NCBI GenBank assembly: GCA_049968235.1
Contig: JBMFRC010000004.1
Coordinates: 160,001-224,000 of the forward strand
DNA length: 64,000 nucleotides
From: Candidatus Hydrogenedens sp.
GTDB taxonomy: Bacteria > Hydrogenedentota > Hydrogenedentia > Hydrogenedentales > Hydrogenedentaceae
Direction: 5' to 3'
Shown here: positions 59,782 through 64,000 of the stretch, one piece after another
Numbering within the stretch: the first letter of the stretch is position 1
Layout of the letters: the number at the start of each line of letters is the position of its first letter
Notes under the pieces: generated by a model
Told to the model about the DNA's origin: nothing
Database searches by the model: none
The model's input: the letters and a program-made list of their open reading frames with translations, nothing else
Translations under genes and position numbers: made by a program

Positions 59782-60978
59782 TTGTATATGATACCACGAC
59801 GATGGATACATATTTTACCTGCTGAATATAACGAAGTTCTAAATCCTTCCCCGGAAGTACTATCCAATTACGATATTATTTCCCGATGGGAAAATGAGTT
59901 CCGTTCTTTTATAGGTTCTCCAAATGCTGTTTCTTTGCCCTCTGGAAGAGTTGGACTAAAACTTATATTACAACATTTGAATCTTAAAGAGAATGACGAA
60001 ATAATTATTCCTGCACTCACATTGAAAGCACTGGTAAGTATTATAACATCATCAGGACTAAAACCTGTTTGTGCAGATATAAACCCTAAAACATTAAATA
60101 TAGACCCTGAATCGGTTCAGAATTTAATTTCACCCCGAACAAAAGCTATAATCGCTTTACATACTTTTGGGAATCCTTGCTTAATTGAAAAAATATGCAA
60201 AATAGGTCAGGAAAATAATATCCCTGTTATTGAAGATACTGCTCATGCTTGTGGTGCCAGAATTCAGAATCAATTTGCGGGGACATTCGGATATGCTGGT
60301 TTTTTTAGTTTTGATATATCCAAGCCCGTAAATACATACGGGGGTGGAATGGTTACCAGTGAAGATTCGTCACTTATTGACTTCATTCGAGAATACAATA
60401 AAAAACTTATTATAGATACAGTTGAAATAACCAGGAAAGCAAAGTCTATTAAGTTAGAACAGACGTTATATAACATAAAACTCATGTATCCTATTCTTTA
60501 TTTAAGACTGTTCCGACCCTTTTTTAAGTCCCTTGAGTTTGTATACCGTAAAATTCAAAGTGTCCCTCCCGAGAATGTTCAGTTTACACCTCTACAAGCA
60601 AGTATAGGCATAGAAAAATTACCTTTCTTAAGTTCAAAAGTAGAACAAAGAAATGAAGTGGCACAATTATATCGTAAGTTATTATCTGATAAAATTAATA
60701 TTCCTTATGTAAGACCTGATTGTATACCTTCTTATTACATGTTTGTTGTTATTCTTCCTAAAAAATCTCATAATATCTGTTCTTCCCTTCTTTTTCGTGG
60801 TATTGATACTGCATTTGAGGAAGAAATAATTGATGATGTTTCTCTAATAATTGAAAAATCACATTGTCCAAACGCTAATAAGGTATACCCAAATTTGTTA
60901 GCCTTACCTTTCTATGATGGTATTTCACAAGATACTATTGAATATATCTGTAATTGTTTAAATAAACTTGTGGAATAA
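59782..60978 (+). CDS. DegT/DnrJ/EryC1/StrS-family PLP-dependent sugar aminotransferase
   Basis: 398 aa. Fold-type I aminotransferase. PLP-lysine region GFFSFDISKPVNTYGGG. DTAHA motif. Confidence 0.8.
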   Translation: MYMIPRRWIHILPAEYNEVLNPSPEVLSNYDIISRWENEFRSFIGSPNAVSLPSGRVGLKLILQHLNLKENDEIIIPALTLKALVSIITSSGLKPVCADINPKTLNIDPESVQNLISPRTKAIIALHTFGNPCLIEKICKIGQENNIPVIEDTAHACGARIQNQFAGTFGYAGFFSFDISKPVNTYGGGMVTSEDSSLIDFIREYNKKLIIDTVEITRKAKSIKLEQTLYNIKLMYPILYLRLFRPFFKSLEFVYRKIQSVPPENVQFTPLQASIGIEKLPFLSSKVEQRNEVAQLYRKLLSDKINIPYVRPDCIPSYYMFVVILPKKSHNICSSLLFRGIDTAFEEEIIDDVSLIIEKSHCPNANKVYPNLLALPFYDGISQDTIEYICNCLNKLVE

Positions 60979-60990
60979 AATAAAAAACTA

Positions 60991-63900
60991 TTAATCGGAA
61001 AGACCGATTCGTTTAATTCTTTGCTTTATATCGTCATTTTGAGGATTGAGGCTTATAACTTCTGAAAATACTTTTTTTGCATTATTTTTATCGTTTATTT
61101 TGAGGTATGTTTCCCCTAATTCTATTAACACTTCTGTAAGTGTTTCTAGTGGGACATCTTTTACTTTTAGTTTTTGAACTGCTTCTTGAAAAAGTTGTAT
61201 TGCCTGTTGATAATCACCTATCTCTTTTTTAAATTCAGCATAAGTTGCCCAGCCTTCACCATCACCGGGGTATATATCCAACGCAGTTTTATAAGCCTTC
61301 TCTGCCTCCTCGTATCTTTTCTGCTTTCTATACAAATTTCCTAAATTCCTCCATGCAAGAGGAAATTTGTATTCTAAATTTATCGCTTCCTTTAAATGTT
61401 CTTCTGCTAAATCAAACATACCCACCTGAAAAGCATAAAATCCTAAGGCATTGTGCAGGTTATGGTCATGAGGCTGTTTTTCTAATGCTTTTTCAAAATA
61501 AGGAATTACTTTTTCCAATTCCCCTTTTACATAAAAGGCATCAGCAATATTATATAGAGCGTTTATTAGGTCGGGTTTTATGGATAATGATTTTTGATAA
61601 AGTTCTATTGCTTTGTCAATATCCCCCGACACAAAAGCATGATACCCTAAATTATTATATGCCAGCGGATTTTTATCGTCTATTTTCAGAGCTTTGTTAT
61701 ACATTTCTTCCGCTTCTTTTGTTTTCCCTAATCGGTCGTATAAAACTCCTAGGTCATAAGGGACATAAGAATTATTTGGGCTATTTATCATCGCCTTCCG
61801 GTATAAGTCTATTGCTTGCTCTGTATTCCCCTTCTTTTCTGCCAACTGTGCTAGGTTATAGTATGCCAATTCATCATCAAGTCTTATTTTTAAGGCTTCA
61901 TAAAATTTACTTTCCGCTTCTTCCCACTTATTTAACTTGACTAATAAACTCCCCCAGTTGTTCAATACTAAAGTAAAATCAGGAACAATTTCTAATGCCT
62001 TTTTAAAGTGCTCTATGGCTTCTTCAGGTTTATCGTCTTGTATTAAGATTGCTAATTCTCGATGTGCTCGTGCATCCTTCGCATTCATTTCTATTGCTTT
62101 TTCAAAATATGCTATCGCTTCTTCTTTTTTTCCCATCCTTGACAATACCTGTCCTGTCATATAATATACATTCTGAGAGGAGGGGTCAATATTTAATGCT
62201 AACTTTAATTTTTCTAATGACTTTTCATACTCTCCTTTATTAGCATAAATAGCACCCATTTTGGCTATAACATAAGAAAACTGAGGATAGGCTTCTAACG
62301 CTTTTTCATAACAGGTAATCGCTTGTTCATAGTCTTTCCTCATTTCCATAATCTCTCCCAACTCATTCCATGCCCGAGCATCCCTAACATTTAGTTCTAT
62401 TGCTTTTCGAAAATAAACCTCCGCTTCATCCATTTTTTTCTGTTTCTTTAAAGCACATCCTAAAAGATAAATACTGTCTTGATATTCCGGATTTAGTTGA
62501 ATTGCCTTTTTAAAATTATTCACAGCCTCTTGTAAGTTATCTTTGGCAAAAAGAATCCTTCCCAATCGCTCATAGGCATAGGCAAAATCGGGTTTAGCAG
62601 ATACTGCTCGTCGGTAATATTCTTCTGCTGTATCCCATTCGCCATCATCCGCATGAATATTCCCCAATTCACAGAGTGCTCTTGCATCCTCTGGATTTAA
62701 ATCTATCGCTTTTAACAAAGTATCTCTCGCTTCTTCAATTCGACCTATATTCCTCAATTCTCGACCTATAAGAAAATATACATCTTGATATGAAGGGTCT
62801 GTCTCCAACGCCTTTTTGTAAAAAGTCAGAGCATCTTCAGACCGTCCTTGTGATGAGAGTATTCTGCCATATTTATCCAGGACATAAGTAAAATCGGGTA
62901 TAATTTGCAGAGCCTTTTCATAATGTATAAGTGCTTCCTTCCAATTTCCCTGGTGTTCAAGAATTTCTCCTATCTCGTTGTGGGCACGGGCATCATTCGG
63001 ATTTAATTCAAGCGACTTTATAAAATATTTCTCTGCCTTCACTTCATCTTTTAATGCAAGATAAGTTTTTCCAAGATAATAAAACATATCTTGATAATCG
63101 GGGGCTAATCGGATGCCTTTCTCGAACTGTTCTTTTGCCTCGTGAAAATAACCCGATTTAAATAAGTCCTTGCCTAACCGATGATGCATATAGGGTAAAC
63201 TTTTAGGCATGTAAAGAAGTGTCTGTGCTTCTTCCAGAGCCTTTTGAATTTCTCCTCTTCTTAAATACGAATCGGCTCGTTGATAATGCCACCTTGCCAA
63301 ATCTGGTTCAAAGGGAACCCATCGGATAGAAATAAGAATAAAGCATACAAGGAGTAGTGACAACCAACGCGTTAAAGATAAAGTATCTTTATTTTTTATA
63401 CATACCCACAAAAAATAAATAAAGTTTGCACCTATTAAAAAGAACAAAGGGAGAACAGGAACGCGTGCTCTCCCATTCACAAAAAACATCAAGAAACTGC
63501 CTAAATAAGTGATAATAAATAAATAAATTAACAATAACAATTCGTTAGAATATGAACTATTCGATAGAAAAAGAAATTTTGAAATATTGTCTTTGCTTAA
63601 CCCAGATTTTATGTTTAAAAAAATAAGAATTGTGCCTGCAATAAAAAGCCCGCCTGCCCATGGAAAAGTGGGGAGATATTTCAGAGGAGGGTAATGTTTT
63701 ATTTCGTAATACACAACTTTATTACAGGTAATTTCGATAGGACACCACAGTAAAATTGCTTTTTTAATAATCTGTATAATTGTTTTTTCAGGATGCGTTT
63801 TAATATATTCCAATGCTTTCTTTGTAAATATCATTGAAGCATCTGCATGTTTCAAGTTTTTTATCCCCAATTCTTTACCCAATCCTTTTACCACATTCAC

Positions 63901-64000
63901 ATAATCACGGGCAGTCCAGTTTCCAGTACCTTCTAATTTTTGTAAATATTGATTCCATGGAGTTGTGCCGTCTGCTTCCGGATTATTACCTATAAAAAGA
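60991..64000 (-). CDS. membrane GT-C glycosyltransferase fused to a very long TPR array, subfamily A; 5' end lies beyond the window
   Basis: The ORF-track start at 63900 (MNVVKGL) is internal. The reverse-strand frame stays open to position 64000 and reads ...GNNPEADGTTPWNQYLQKLEGTGNWTARDYVNVVKGLGKELG. This aligns to LIGNSEDADGVTPWLPYLQELEGTGNWSVWHYDNVVKGLGKFLG of the 35009-37654 protein. It is followed by more than 20 TPR repeats. Confidence 0.7.
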   Translation of the reverse strand, partial: LFIGNNPEADGTTPWNQYLQKLEGTGNWTARDYVNVVKGLGKELGIKNLKHADASMIFTKKALEYIKTHPEKTIIQIIKKAILLWCPIEITCNKVVYYEIKHYPPLKYLPTFPWAGGLFIAGTILIFLNIKSGLSKDNISKFLFLSNSSYSNELLLLIYLFIITYLGSFLMFFVNGRARVPVLPLFFLIGANFIYFLWVCIKNKDTLSLTRWLSLLLVCFILISIRWVPFEPDLARWHYQRADSYLRRGEIQKALEEAQTLLYMPKSLPYMHHRLGKDLFKSGYFHEAKEQFEKGIRLAPDYQDMFYYLGKTYLALKDEVKAEKYFIKSLELNPNDARAHNEIGEILEHQGNWKEALIHYEKALQIIPDFTYVLDKYGRILSSQGRSEDALTFYKKALETDPSYQDVYFLIGRELRNIGRIEEARDTLLKAIDLNPEDARALCELGNIHADDGEWDTAEEYYRRAVSAKPDFAYAYERLGRILFAKDNLQEAVNNFKKAIQLNPEYQDSIYLLGCALKKQKKMDEAEVYFRKAIELNVRDARAWNELGEIMEMRKDYEQAITCYEKALEAYPQFSYVIAKMGAIYANKGEYEKSLEKLKLALNIDPSSQNVYYMTGQVLSRMGKKEEAIAYFEKAIEMNAKDARAHRELAILIQDDKPEEAIEHFKKALEIVPDFTLVLNNWGSLLVKLNKWEEAESKFYEALKIRLDDELAYYNLAQLAEKKGNTEQAIDLYRKAMINSPNNSYVPYDLGVLYDRLGKTKEAEEMYNKALKIDDKNPLAYNNLGYHAFVSGDIDKAIELYQKSLSIKPDLINALYNIADAFYVKGELEKVIPYFEKALEKQPHDHNLHNALGFYAFQVGMFDLAEEHLKEAINLEYKFPLAWRNLGNLYRKQKRYEEAEKAYKTALDIYPGDGEGWATYAEFKKEIGDYQQAIQLFQEAVQKLKVKDVPLETLTEVLIELGETYLKINDKNNAKKVFSEVISLNPQNDDIKQRIKRIGLSD

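Noticed and set aside
61000-61017. Short hairpin aatcgg-aaaga-ccgatt after the DegT stop as a terminator
   Set aside because: The stem is only 6 bp, there is no clear U-run, and it lies inside the convergent GT-C/TPR coding sequence. Too weak to call.
63898-63900. ATG at 63900 as the start of the last GT-C/TPR gene (ORF-track start, MNVVKGL)
   Set aside because: The reading frame stays open to the window edge. The upstream translation aligns colinearly with the TM domain of the 35009-37654 paralog, so the true start lies beyond position 64000.

Overview
This window looks like a low-GC (roughly 35-40% by eye) bacterial chromosomal segment with two distinct halves. My main candidate for an undescribed system is a multi-paralog, TMTC/PMT-like protein O-glycosylation island. 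It would be fed by a polyprenyl-phosphate-sugar GT2 and decorated by B12-radical-SAM, carbamoyl and acetamidino chemistry. It appears to have been remodelled recently by duplication, fusion and IS insertion.

Positions 1 to about 26,000 are a housekeeping backbone. It carries pyrK-pyrD-pyrF, disA-radA, a PLP-dependent decarboxylase, an SDR, deoC, a nitroreductase and ppk1. It also carries a very large secreted C25 (gingipain-like) peptidase with a dockerin/EF-hand-like tail, hup, a ComB-like phosphatase, xerC/D, and the yceD-rpmF-plsX cluster. Further along are two redoxins, a DUF1667/flavoprotein 3-gene module, an orphan trpD and a GH29 fucosidase.

Positions 26,100-32,800 are a regulatory block. 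It holds a response regulator with a degenerate GGDEF domain, a giant membrane-anchored TPR protein, a coiled-coil protein, a soluble PAS histidine kinase and a sigma-54 enhancer-binding protein.

Positions 32,800-64,000 are a dense cell-surface glycosylation island. Its core is six paralogous membrane GT-C (PMT/ArnT/TMTC-like) glycosyltransferases fused to C-terminal TPR or TPR-like domains. They fall into two sequence subfamilies. A DPM1/ArnC-like GT2 polyprenyl-phosphate sugar synthase is translationally coupled to them. The island also holds two B12-binding radical SAM enzymes plus a decayed third copy, and a SPASM radical SAM. It also carries a WbuX/WbuY/WbuZ-type acetamidino-sugar module (PP-loop amidotransferase plus HisH/HisF paralogs), a NodU/CmcH carbamoyltransferase, a DegT aminotransferase, a flippase-like membrane protein, an esterase and an unknown secreted protein.

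The island also contains an IS481-like transposase remnant and a chimeric rSAM::GT-C pseudogene that forms a roughly 280 bp direct repeat with an intact paralog about 7.8 kb away. I found no rRNA, tRNA or CRISPR features.

All calls rest on reading the six-frame translations for family-diagnostic motifs. No database search was possible.
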